A stretch of DNA of 64,000 nucleotides. It comes from Thermoplasmata archaeon. Lineage in GTDB: Archaea > Thermoplasmatota > Thermoplasmata > Lutacidiplasmatales > UBA184. Location: positions 2,429-66,428 of the forward strand of contig JASHPT010000012.1 of NCBI GenBank assembly GCA_030037955.1, in the 5' to 3' direction. The translations under genes and the position numbers were made by a program. The notes beneath the pieces are model-generated. The model did not search any database. It saw nothing but the letters and a program-made list of their open reading frames with translations, and had not been told where the DNA came from. Shown here one piece after another: positions 1 through 7,419 of the stretch (position 1 is the first letter of the stretch; each line of letters opens with the position of its first letter).

Positions 1-245
1 TCGACGTTCTCACAGACGGTGGGCGCGGAGAGCGCCAGGTGCCGAGCCACGGTACTGATCGAGGCGGACTCGAGGCTGGAGACCAGGTGCAGGGCCCAGT
101 ACTCCCCCTTCGAGAGGCCCTCCGCCTCCAGCGCCGGGTGGAGGTCGTGGTTCATCGAGCGGACGACCTCGAGGACGCTGTTGACCAGCGGCTCGGGGCG
201 ACCCGCGAGGCTCGGGCGCAGGGGGCGGGAGAGACTTGCGACCAT
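1..245 (-). CDS. MarR-family transcriptional regulator, partial (only the N-terminal ~81 aa lie in the window; the 3' end runs off position 1)
   Basis: Minus-strand translation from ATG at 245..243 gives MVASLSRPLRPSLAGRPEPLVNSVLEVVRSMNHDLHPALEAEGLSKGEYWALHLVSSLESASISTVARHLALSAPTVCENV..., a MarR-type winged HTH. An AT-rich TATA-like box aatataat lies at ~272-279 just upstream. This gene is not on the ORF track. Confidence 0.55.
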   Translation of the reverse strand, partial: MVASLSRPLRPSLAGRPEPLVNSVLEVVRSMNHDLHPALEAEGLSKGEYWALHLVSSLESASISTVARHLALSAPTVCENV

Positions 246-312
246 GGCTCCGAATGGTTAGGCCCCCTAACGATTCGGAAATATAATCATTTGGTTTCCG
301 AAAGATGTCGAC

Positions 313-777
313 CTACGCGAGGGCGTACCGGGCCAACTGGACCACGTCCGCGAACGGGAGCGAGTACTGCGCGCCGACCGGGTCCCCGCCCCACCGGGCC
401 TCGATCGCCCCCTCCGGGAACTGCGGGAGTTCGCCGGCAGCTCGGGCATCGAGGCCGGTCGGCATCCCGCGGCGGACGCACTCGCCGAGGAGGACCAGCG
501 CGCCGACGGGTCCCGAGGTCACGAGAAGGGTCTCCTGGGGCCCCGTCTGCCGCTGCTCGATGCGGGCGGTCTCGTCATGGTAGTACGCCAGTCGAGCGTT
601 CTCGGGTCGGTGGGCCGATGGTCCCCGGCCGGCCCGCGTGCCGGAGCGCCGGGGCGGCGCCGGCGGGGCGCGCCACTCGATGCCCCGCTCCGCCTCCAGG
701 AATCGCTCCAGCAGACCGGCGTCCACGGGGATGGCCCCCGAGGCCGGCGTCAGGAGGCCCCCCGCCGGGGCCGCCAT
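313..777 (-). CDS. hypothetical protein (154 aa), read from the C-terminal frame of the spurious 741-aa ORF
   Basis: ATG at 777..775 continues in frame to the stop at 313. The product MAAPAGGLLTPASGAIPVDAGLLERFLEAERGIEW...YYHDETARIEQRQTGPQETLLVTSGPVGALVLLGE...YSLPFADVVQLARYALA has globular-protein-like hydrophobic motifs. No family recognised. Confidence 0.35.
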   Translation of the reverse strand: MAAPAGGLLTPASGAIPVDAGLLERFLEAERGIEWRAPPAPPRRSGTRAGRGPSAHRPENARLAYYHDETARIEQRQTGPQETLLVTSGPVGALVLLGECVRRGMPTGLDARAAGELPQFPEGAIEARWGGDPVGAQYSLPFADVVQLARYALA

Positions 778-1628
778 AGGAGACAGTCGGGACGCACGAC
801 GCAGGGGCCGCAGACCCGCATGTCTCTCTCCTTCGGGCAGTCTCCCGAGATGCCGGTGTGGCAGAGCACAAAGTCGTACTTGATGGGGTCGACCGGGTCG
901 ACACGACGGAGGCCGGCGGTGACCTCCTCGACCGTCATCCAGTTCCGGGTACGGCGGTGGGTCAGCCCGAGATGATACGCGATCCAATGCACGTGGAGGT
1001 CGAGAGGGATCCGGAGCTCGGCTGCGGGGATCCCGGTCCATACCCCCAGGTCCGGAAAACCGGACCGGCTCATCCACCGGACGTACAGGGTCTCCCGTTT
1101 GCACGGACTGTGGGCCCCGTCGAGGGGGCTCGGAAACAGGGCCCGGTACCCCCGCGGTGGACGGCGGGGACCGTTTCCTCGAAGTCCCTGGGCCAGGCGG
1201 TCCAGGCCCCGGGCGAACCCGTCCTCTTCCAGCCCCGAACGGAACAGGTTCTCCAGCGAGCCATGTTCTCGGCGGAGTTCCCCGACGGTTCCCGCGAGGT
1301 GGGCGAGCTGGTCGCCCCGGATCCACCGGTGACGGAAGGTCCGTAGCGCCGAGCGGAACCTCGCTCCGGCGCCCGCTTCTCCCAGCGCTGCGAAGTCGTG
1401 ATCGACGCGGCGGTCGAGGTCGGCGAAGGCCCCCCGGATCGCGGTGACGTTCCCGATGGCCAGGGTCGCCGCGAAGATGCCGGCCACCTCGGCCGCCGCG
1501 CGATCCTTCGCGAGGGGCCGTATGCACGACAACGGGTCCTGGGCCAGCGACCGTTCGAACGGGAACTGCCGGTACAGGGCCTCGAGGTGCGCGGGGAACT
1601 GCGGTGTGGGATGATGGGGCGGGCTCAC
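750..1628 (-). CDS. conserved hypothetical protein, possibly DUF2400/TIGR02757-like (HhH-type glycosylase-like fold suspected)
   Basis: 292-aa ORF with high GC3. The product has an ...AEVAGIFAATLAIGNVTAIRGAFADLD... segment and C-terminal cysteines (CHTGISGDCPK...CGPC). The family assignment is from memory only. Confidence 0.5.
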   Translation of the reverse strand: MSPPHHPTPQFPAHLEALYRQFPFERSLAQDPLSCIRPLAKDRAAAEVAGIFAATLAIGNVTAIRGAFADLDRRVDHDFAALGEAGAGARFRSALRTFRHRWIRGDQLAHLAGTVGELRREHGSLENLFRSGLEEDGFARGLDRLAQGLRGNGPRRPPRGYRALFPSPLDGAHSPCKRETLYVRWMSRSGFPDLGVWTGIPAAELRIPLDLHVHWIAYHLGLTHRRTRNWMTVEEVTAGLRRVDPVDPIKYDFVLCHTGISGDCPKERDMRVCGPCVVRPDCLLWRPRRGAS

Positions 1629-1725
1629 GATGGGGGCGCGAGCCCGGCCGCTGATTTACCGTTGCCCGGAATGCCGGACGTCGCGATTCCGCGGCCGTAA
1701 GTAAGTCGCGGGCCTGAGGCGACCG

Positions 1726-2514
1726 ATGGCTTCGCCGAAGGAGACCCTGGCGGAAGGGATCGACCGCTCCTGGCTCCAACGGCAGGCCCAGAGTGATCCC
1801 GTCGCACATGCCTGGGCTCTGTGGGATATCGACCACGAGCCGGGCCGGTTCCGATTCGTCTCCCGGCTCCGGCAGGGTGTGACGGTCGGATACCTGCTCA
1901 TCTGGTACGCCGGAGACGTGCCCCGGGCCCACTGGATCAGCGACGAACTCGACGATGGGCTCCTCGCGCTCGGCCTCCCGCTTCCGCCGGTACTCGCGTA
2001 TGTGCCCGAGCGGGTCGCCTCGGCCGTCCAGGAGCGACTCGGTGCGCGCCGGTCGACACCGATGGACGTCCTCGTCTGTTCCGGCCGCACCGTGACGCCG
2101 CCGGACCCCCGGGTCCGCCGGCTCAGCCCGGCCGACTCGGCGGTTCTCTCGGAGTTCCTCGCCACGCATCCGGACACGGAACTCGGAGGCTTTGACCCCC
2201 AGGATCTCGATCATCGACCCGCCTGGGGCGCTTTCGAGGCCGGCCGTCTGGTGGCGGTAGCTCGGGCGGCCGTGCGCTTGCCGGCTGTCTGGATCGTGAC
2301 CGGGGTCTTCACCGACCCGGCCCACCGCGGGCGGGGCCTGGGCAGGGAGGTCACGACCGCAGTCACCACCGCCGCCTTGGCCGCCGGCGCCCGCGCGGCG
2401 CTCTACGTCCGTGCGGACAATGCCCCGGCGAAGACCATCTACCGGGAGATCGGCTACGAGCCCGTGGGCCGACGGGTGTTGATCGACGCCCGGCCCGAGG
2501 CTCCAGCATTTTGA
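1726..2514 (+). CDS. GNAT family N-acetyltransferase
   Basis: C-terminal acetyl-CoA-binding motif ...HRGRGLGREVTTAVTTAALAAGARAALYVRADNAPAKTIYREIGYEP. Its stop overlaps the downstream start as ATGA. Confidence 0.75.
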   Translation: MASPKETLAEGIDRSWLQRQAQSDPVAHAWALWDIDHEPGRFRFVSRLRQGVTVGYLLIWYAGDVPRAHWISDELDDGLLALGLPLPPVLAYVPERVASAVQERLGARRSTPMDVLVCSGRTVTPPDPRVRRLSPADSAVLSEFLATHPDTELGGFDPQDLDHRPAWGAFEAGRLVAVARAAVRLPAVWIVTGVFTDPAHRGRGLGREVTTAVTTAALAAGARAALYVRADNAPAKTIYREIGYEPVGRRVLIDARPEAPAF

Positions 2515-4229
2515 CCCGGGGCTCTCTCCCCGTCCCACCGACGATGTCTACGAACACCGAGGTCGCGAAAATCTTCTACGCGATCGCTGACCTGCTCGAC
2601 CTCCAGGGCGAGCGCTTCAAGCCGGAGGCCTACCGCCGGGCCGCGCGGTCCCTCGAATCCCTGGGCGAGGACCTCCGCAAGGTCGCCCAACGAGGCGGCC
2701 TCGACCAGATCCCGGGTATCGGAGAAGCGCTCCGGGAGAAGATCCTCGAGTACCTGCGCGACGGCAAGATCGGCTACTACGAGAAGCTCCAGGAGGCGTT
2801 TCCCCCCGGCGTCCTGGAGCTGATGCGGATCCCGGGAATCGGGCCGAAGACCACCGGTCGATTCTACCTGGAGCTCCACCTCGACAGTCCGGCTGCGCTC
2901 GCGCAAGCCATCGAGGAGGGCCGGCTCACCGGCCTGGCCGGCTTCGGGCCCAAGAAGATCGACAACCTGCGGGAGGCTCTCCGCGCCCGAACTTCCGCGG
3001 CACCGGCGGCCCGCACCCCCCTCGGGCCGGCGTGGCGACTGGCTCGCTCGATCGTCGAGGAGCTGTCCCGTCGGACCCCGGTCCATGACATCCTCGCGGC
3101 CGGGAGCCTGCGTCGGTGCCGAGAGACCGTCGGCGATCTCGATATCCTCGCCACGTCGGACCGGCCTCCCGAGACGATCGCGGAGTTCACGCGCCTTCCG
3201 ACCGTGCGGACGATCGTCGTGCAGGGAGACACCAAGGCGACCGTGATCCACGAGCCCGGCATCCAGGTCGACCTGCGCGTGGTCGAGCCGGCGAGCTTCG
3301 GAGCGGCGCTCCAGTACTTCACCGGCTCGAAGGATCACAACATCGAGCTGCGGTCGCTCGCCCGGGACCGCGGCCTCAAGATCAACGAATACGGCGTGTT
3401 CCGTGGCGAGGCCCGCGTCGCCGGCGCCAGCGAGGCCGAGGTCTACGCGAGCCTCGGCCTCGACTGGATGCCGCCCGAGATCCGGGAGAACCAGGGAGAG
3501 ATCGAGGCGGCGCAGCGCCACGAGGTTCCGGCCCTCGTCGAAACCCGTCACCTTCGAGGCGAGCTCCACCGCCACGTCCCGGTCGCCCTCAGCGAGACCT
3601 GGCTCCGAGGGGTCGTCGCCGAGGCGCGCCGTCTCAGCCTCCGGTACCTGGGACTCGTGCTTCCGCTGGGGTCGAGCCCCCGGTCCGCTGCGGCCCGCGT
3701 CTCGGAGCTTCGAGCGCTGTGGCCCCGGGCCGACCCGGGCCCGCTCCGGCTGCTCGTCGGCCACGAGGTCGAGCTCGGTGCCGAGGGGATGACGAACGTG
3801 CCGCCGGTGGATTACCGGGTCGCGGTGCCGGCAGCCGGGTCGTCCCCGGCGCCGCCTCGCTCCCCGACCCCGGTGCCGGTCCGGTTTGTCGGCCATCTGC
3901 GGTTCGCCCCAGAGGGCGGCGAGGTGCCGCGGGAAGTGGTGATGCCCTGGATCGAGTGGTGCCGGGCCCACGGAGTGGCCCTGGAGATCACGCCGGCCGG
4001 CGCGAGCGACGGGCTGGACGCGGCGGCCGCGCGATGGGCTCAGGACGCCGGCGTGAGTCTCGTGCTGAGCGCCGGCCCGGACGACCTGACCGAACTTGAT
4101 CTCACGACCGGCCGGGCCCGACGCGGGTGGGTGCGCGTCGAACAGGTCGTCAATTCACGGGACGACGCGGCTGGATCGACCGAGGGGGCGGGGTCGGTCC
4201 GGCGGCGGCGGTCGGCCGTCCGAAACTGA
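2511..4229 (+). CDS. polX: DNA polymerase X family protein (Pol beta-like N-terminal domain + C-terminal PHP phosphoesterase domain)
   Basis: HhH/8-kDa-domain signature KIFYAIADLLDLQGERFKPEAYRRAARSLE, IPGIGEALREKILEY and GIGPKT motifs, and nucleotidyltransferase GDLDIL. Length of 572 aa. The start may be 2511 (ATGA overlap) or 2544 (MSTNTEV). Confidence 0.85.
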   Translation: MTRGSLPVPPTMSTNTEVAKIFYAIADLLDLQGERFKPEAYRRAARSLESLGEDLRKVAQRGGLDQIPGIGEALREKILEYLRDGKIGYYEKLQEAFPPGVLELMRIPGIGPKTTGRFYLELHLDSPAALAQAIEEGRLTGLAGFGPKKIDNLREALRARTSAAPAARTPLGPAWRLARSIVEELSRRTPVHDILAAGSLRRCRETVGDLDILATSDRPPETIAEFTRLPTVRTIVVQGDTKATVIHEPGIQVDLRVVEPASFGAALQYFTGSKDHNIELRSLARDRGLKINEYGVFRGEARVAGASEAEVYASLGLDWMPPEIRENQGEIEAAQRHEVPALVETRHLRGELHRHVPVALSETWLRGVVAEARRLSLRYLGLVLPLGSSPRSAAARVSELRALWPRADPGPLRLLVGHEVELGAEGMTNVPPVDYRVAVPAAGSSPAPPRSPTPVPVRFVGHLRFAPEGGEVPREVVMPWIEWCRAHGVALEITPAGASDGLDAAAARWAQDAGVSLVLSAGPDDLTELDLTTGRARRGWVRVEQVVNSRDDAAGSTEGAGSVRRRRSAVRN

Positions 4230-5085
4230 CGGCCGGGGTCGGCGGACGCGGGACCGAGTGGTTCTGCACGCACGTGGCACACAGGTGTGCCTGGGGCCCG
4301 GAGGACGTCTTCCAGTAGCACCGGGCGCAGAGCGCGCGGCCACAATCGCCGCACGCCTCGAACCGGGGGGGCGAGCCAAGGGACTCTCCACAATCCGCGC
4401 ACCGTCGACCCGGAGACGACGGGAGGCCCGTCCCCCGGGGAGTGGGGATCTGGGAGAGCCGCTGAAGCAGGGTCACCGGCCCCGGCTCGGCGGGGGCTCG
4501 GGTCGACCGCGGGGGCGTGGGGGGAGGAAGGGGGGTGGCCCTTTGCAGGGCGTCCATCCGACCCACGAGTCCGGTCACGGTCTGGGGGGTCGGCGCTAGC
4601 GTACTGGAGGAGGGACCGGCCTCCGCGGCGAAGGGGATGAGCAGCGTGGAACCGGAGGTCGCCGCGGCGGCCAGTCCGACCGGGGCAGCGGTCGGAAGCG
4701 GCGGCGGAGGAGAAGCCGACGATGGAGTCCCCGTGTGAGCGGGAGCCCCGACGTCGTCCGACCCGTCGGACGTGACCAGAGCCGGGAGAGCCATCAGGCT
4801 GGCCCCGGCGTGGGAGGTTCGGGGCACGGGCGGGGCTCGCCCCCACGGGTCCGGCAGCGGGTCGAGGACGAGAACGAGGAGCGCGAGGAACAGGGCCACG
4901 ATCCCGGCGGCCAGGAGGGTCATCTCGACCCACGGGGCTCGCAGGCCGGTCGGGGCGAAGCGCCAGTCGAGGCCCAGGGCAGCCGCGGCGAGAAGGGCGG
5001 CGCCCAGGAAGAGGAGGCTTCCGAGGCGCAGCGCACGTTGCGTGGAGGGGGCGGTCATGGACTGCGGGCGGAAGGGGGTACCCAA
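4150..5085 (-). CDS. membrane-anchored protein with Pro-rich linker and C-terminal double CxxC zinc-ribbon
   Basis: Two N-terminal TM helices (LGSLLFLGAALLAAAALGL; MTLLAAGIVALFLALLVLVL), then CADCGES...CGDCGRALCARCYW...CATC. Codon usage is coding-like. It overlaps the polX 3' end by 80 nt. Confidence 0.4.
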   Translation of the reverse strand: MGTPFRPQSMTAPSTQRALRLGSLLFLGAALLAAAALGLDWRFAPTGLRAPWVEMTLLAAGIVALFLALLVLVLDPLPDPWGRAPPVPRTSHAGASLMALPALVTSDGSDDVGAPAHTGTPSSASPPPPLPTAAPVGLAAAATSGSTLLIPFAAEAGPSSSTLAPTPQTVTGLVGRMDALQRATPLPPPTPPRSTRAPAEPGPVTLLQRLSQIPTPRGTGLPSSPGRRCADCGESLGSPPRFEACGDCGRALCARCYWKTSSGPQAHLCATCVQNHSVPRPPTPAVSFGRPTAAAGPTPPPRSIQPRRPVN

Positions 5086-5179
5086 CCGGCCTCGAAAACG
5101 TTGTGTCCGTGGCGGAAACCGATGAACACTGCGAGTCCAGCACGAGATTCATGTACCGGAGCGGGGCGCTCGCAGACCC

Positions 5180-5554
5180 GTGTACGTCCGCCCGCGCTAT
5201 CGCCGGAAGGTGACCGCGGTCGAGCCGGTCTCCCCGGCGCCCGCCGCCGCTGCCGTTCAGCGCCGGTCGCACGTCGCAGTGGTCCCGGCCCTCCTCCTCC
5301 TGGGCGTGGGCTGGTACCTGGCTCGGTTCTCGATCCTGTTCCCGGCGCTCATCGGATTCTTTCTGCTGAGCGGAGCGCTCGGTCTCCTCGGGTCCCGTCT
5401 GAACCCGCTCTCGACGGCGTTCTACCTCACGACCAAGCCGTCCTGGAGCGCCATCGGAACGGTGTTCCTGGCGGGAGGGGCTCTGCTCTGGATGACCTAC
5501 GAGTATTACCTGCACTCGTGGGCGCCGGTACTGCCTCACCTGCCGGCGTTCTGA
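5180..5554 (+). CDS. small integral membrane protein (3 predicted TM helices)
   Basis: Hydrophobic segments VAVVPALLLLGVGWYLARFSILFPALIGFFLLSGALGLLG and AIGTVFLAGGALLWMTY. Convergent with nadA. Confidence 0.4.
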   Translation: MYVRPRYRRKVTAVEPVSPAPAAAAVQRRSHVAVVPALLLLGVGWYLARFSILFPALIGFFLLSGALGLLGSRLNPLSTAFYLTTKPSWSAIGTVFLAGGALLWMTYEYYLHSWAPVLPHLPAF

Positions 5555-5563
5555 CGAGCCGGC

Positions 5564-6469
5564 CTACGCCGCGATCATCCGCTCGAGGGCTTGGCGAGCC
5601 CGGGCGGCGACGGGCCCGGGCACGTCGATGACGTAGCGCATCTGGGCCAGGGAGTCCCGGACATCCGTGAGGTCGATCTCCTTCATGTACGGGCAGATCG
5701 CCCCGCGGGAGAGTGGGAGAAACTGGGTCGTAGGGTTGAGCTTCTGCATCCGGTGCAGGATCCCGACCTCGGTGGCGACGATCACCGTCGGGGCTCGTGT
5801 CTCCTCCGCGTAGCGGACCATCCCGTCGGTCGACAGGACCCGGTCGACATGCTCGAGCGTCCCGCTGGCGCAGCCACACTCAGGATGCGCGATGACCGGG
5901 GCGCCCGGATGGGCCTGCCGGGCCGTCTCGATCTCCTCCGGCCGCATCTTGGCGTGGACCGGACAGTCCCCGGTCCAGAGGTGCATCTTCCGGCCGGTCT
6001 TCCGGCGGACGTAGTCGCCGAGGAACATGTCCGGAAGGAACAGGATCTCCTGGTCTGCCGGCAGGGAGCTCACGGTCTTGATCGCGTTCGAGCTGGTGCA
6101 GATGAAGTCCGACTCCGCCTTCACGTCGGCCGAGGTGTTGATGTACGACACGACGACGGCGCCGGGATGTTGCGCCTTCCAACTGCGGAGCTGCTCGGCC
6201 GTGATCGAGTCGGCGAGACCGCACCCGGCCTTGAGGTCCGGCAGCAGGACGGTCTTGGTCGGGTTCAGGATCTTCGCCGTTTCGGCCATGAACTGGACGC
6301 CGGCGAAGAGGATGACGGGCCGGTCCGTCTCCGCCGCCTTCCGGGACAGGTAGAGCGAGTCGCCGACGAAGTCGGCGACCTCCTGCACTTCCGGCAGCTG
6401 GTAGTTGTGTGCCAGGAGGACGGCCCTTCGCTCCTCCTTGAGCCGGTGGATCTCGTCCTCGAGTGACAT
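5564..6469 (-). CDS. nadA: quinolinate synthase NadA
   Basis: Product (M)SLEDEIHRLKEERRAVLLAHNYQ...FAGVQFMAETAKILNP...DCPVHAKM...AHPEC is full-length NadA. The ATG start at 6469 is preferred over the ORF-track GTG at 6505, because a CTTAAG promoter box sits ~36 nt upstream of 6469. Confidence 0.9.
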   Translation of the reverse strand: MSLEDEIHRLKEERRAVLLAHNYQLPEVQEVADFVGDSLYLSRKAAETDRPVILFAGVQFMAETAKILNPTKTVLLPDLKAGCGLADSITAEQLRSWKAQHPGAVVVSYINTSADVKAESDFICTSSNAIKTVSSLPADQEILFLPDMFLGDYVRRKTGRKMHLWTGDCPVHAKMRPEEIETARQAHPGAPVIAHPECGCASGTLEHVDRVLSTDGMVRYAEETRAPTVIVATEVGILHRMQKLNPTTQFLPLSRGAICPYMKEIDLTDVRDSLAQMRYVIDVPGPVAARARQALERMIAA

Positions 6470-6528
6470 GGCCGGACCCGAGGTCCAAGGACGACGGAAC
6501 GGCACTTAAGCCGAGTGTGGGGGCCGCG

Positions 6529-7419
6529 TTACCTCGACCCACGGGGAGGGACGACCACCAGGTGGAACGGTAGGGCCGGGGCCGAGTGGGTCAGGCTCCC
6601 GAGGCTCGCGGCATCGGCGCCCGAGCGCGCGTAGGCCGCCACGTTCGTCCCATCGATCCCGCCCGAGACCTCGAGGTCGGCTGTGGCGCCCGCGGGGAAG
6701 CGGCGGATCGACCGGATGAGCCGATGGGCCGCTCGCGGGGAGAGGTTGTCGATCAAGAGGCTCCGCGCGCCGGCTCCCAGAGCCGCCCGAGCCTGAGCCA
6801 AGGAGTGGACCTCGACCTGGAGCGGCCGGCCATCGACCCGCCGTCGTCCCCGTCGGACCGCCTCGGCGACGGGGACGACGGCCAGGTGGTTCCCCTTGAT
6901 CAGTACCGCATCGGAGAGGTCTCGTCGATGCGGCTCGCCGCCACCGTGCACGACGGCAGCCTTCTCCAGGTCCCGGAGCCCGGGAAGCGTTTTCCGGGTG
7001 GCCCGGACCCGGAACCCGGGCCGGACCATCCGCGCGGCGCGGACCGCCCGCTCCGTCGCCGTCGCCACGCCCGAGAGATGCATCAGGAAGTTGAGGAGGG
7101 TCCGCTCGACCGACAGGATCCGGCGGAGGTCGCCCCGGAGCTCGAGCACGACGCTCCCCCGGTGCACCCGAGCGCCGTCGACGAGCCGGGCCGTGGCGCG
7201 GAGTCCGCCGATCCGTGCGATCATCTCGGCGACCTGCACGCCCGACAGCACCCCGGGGGCCTGGGCGATCACCTGCGCCCGAACGTCGAGTCGGCCCGGG
7301 AAGAGGGCTCGCGTCGTGGCGTCGTGGGTCCACCGGTCCTCTCGCAACGCCTCCCGGAGCTTCCCGGCCGTTCCCGGCGGGAGGCCGGGAGGTCCCGGCT
7401 CAGGACGCCGGTGCCGCAT
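6529..7419 (-). CDS. nadC: nicotinate-nucleotide pyrophosphorylase (quinolinate phosphoribosyltransferase) NadC
   Basis: Motifs ...LSGVQVAEMI...RKTLPGLRDLEKAAVVHGGGEPHRRDLSDAVLIKGNHL...LEVSGGI. Directly upstream of nadA on the same strand. Confidence 0.85.
   Translation of the reverse strand: MRHRRPEPGPPGLPPGTAGKLREALREDRWTHDATTRALFPGRLDVRAQVIAQAPGVLSGVQVAEMIARIGGLRATARLVDGARVHRGSVVLELRGDLRRILSVERTLLNFLMHLSGVATATERAVRAARMVRPGFRVRATRKTLPGLRDLEKAAVVHGGGEPHRRDLSDAVLIKGNHLAVVPVAEAVRRGRRRVDGRPLQVEVHSLAQARAALGAGARSLLIDNLSPRAAHRLIRSIRRFPAGATADLEVSGGIDGTNVAAYARSGADAASLGSLTHSAPALPFHLVVVPPRGSR

Noticed and set aside
305-583. Plus-strand 92-aa ORF MSTYARAYRANW...
   Set aside because: Low-complexity Ser/Pro/Arg product. 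The opposite strand in this interval encodes a more protein-like sequence (313-777), and the AT-rich box at ~272-279 more plausibly serves the MarR gene.
313-2538. 741-aa minus-strand ORF spanning several genes
   Set aside because: GC-driven antisense artefact. It runs antisense to the GNAT acetyltransferase gene and only its last ~154 codons (313-777) look protein-like. Similar long antisense ORFs are 2454-3971, 4040-5539, 6896-9952, 9955-11418, 14704-16917, 18713-20539, 20561-22732, 22959-24074, 23413-25197, 25865-28162 and 59202-61538. All lie opposite genes with clear family signatures.
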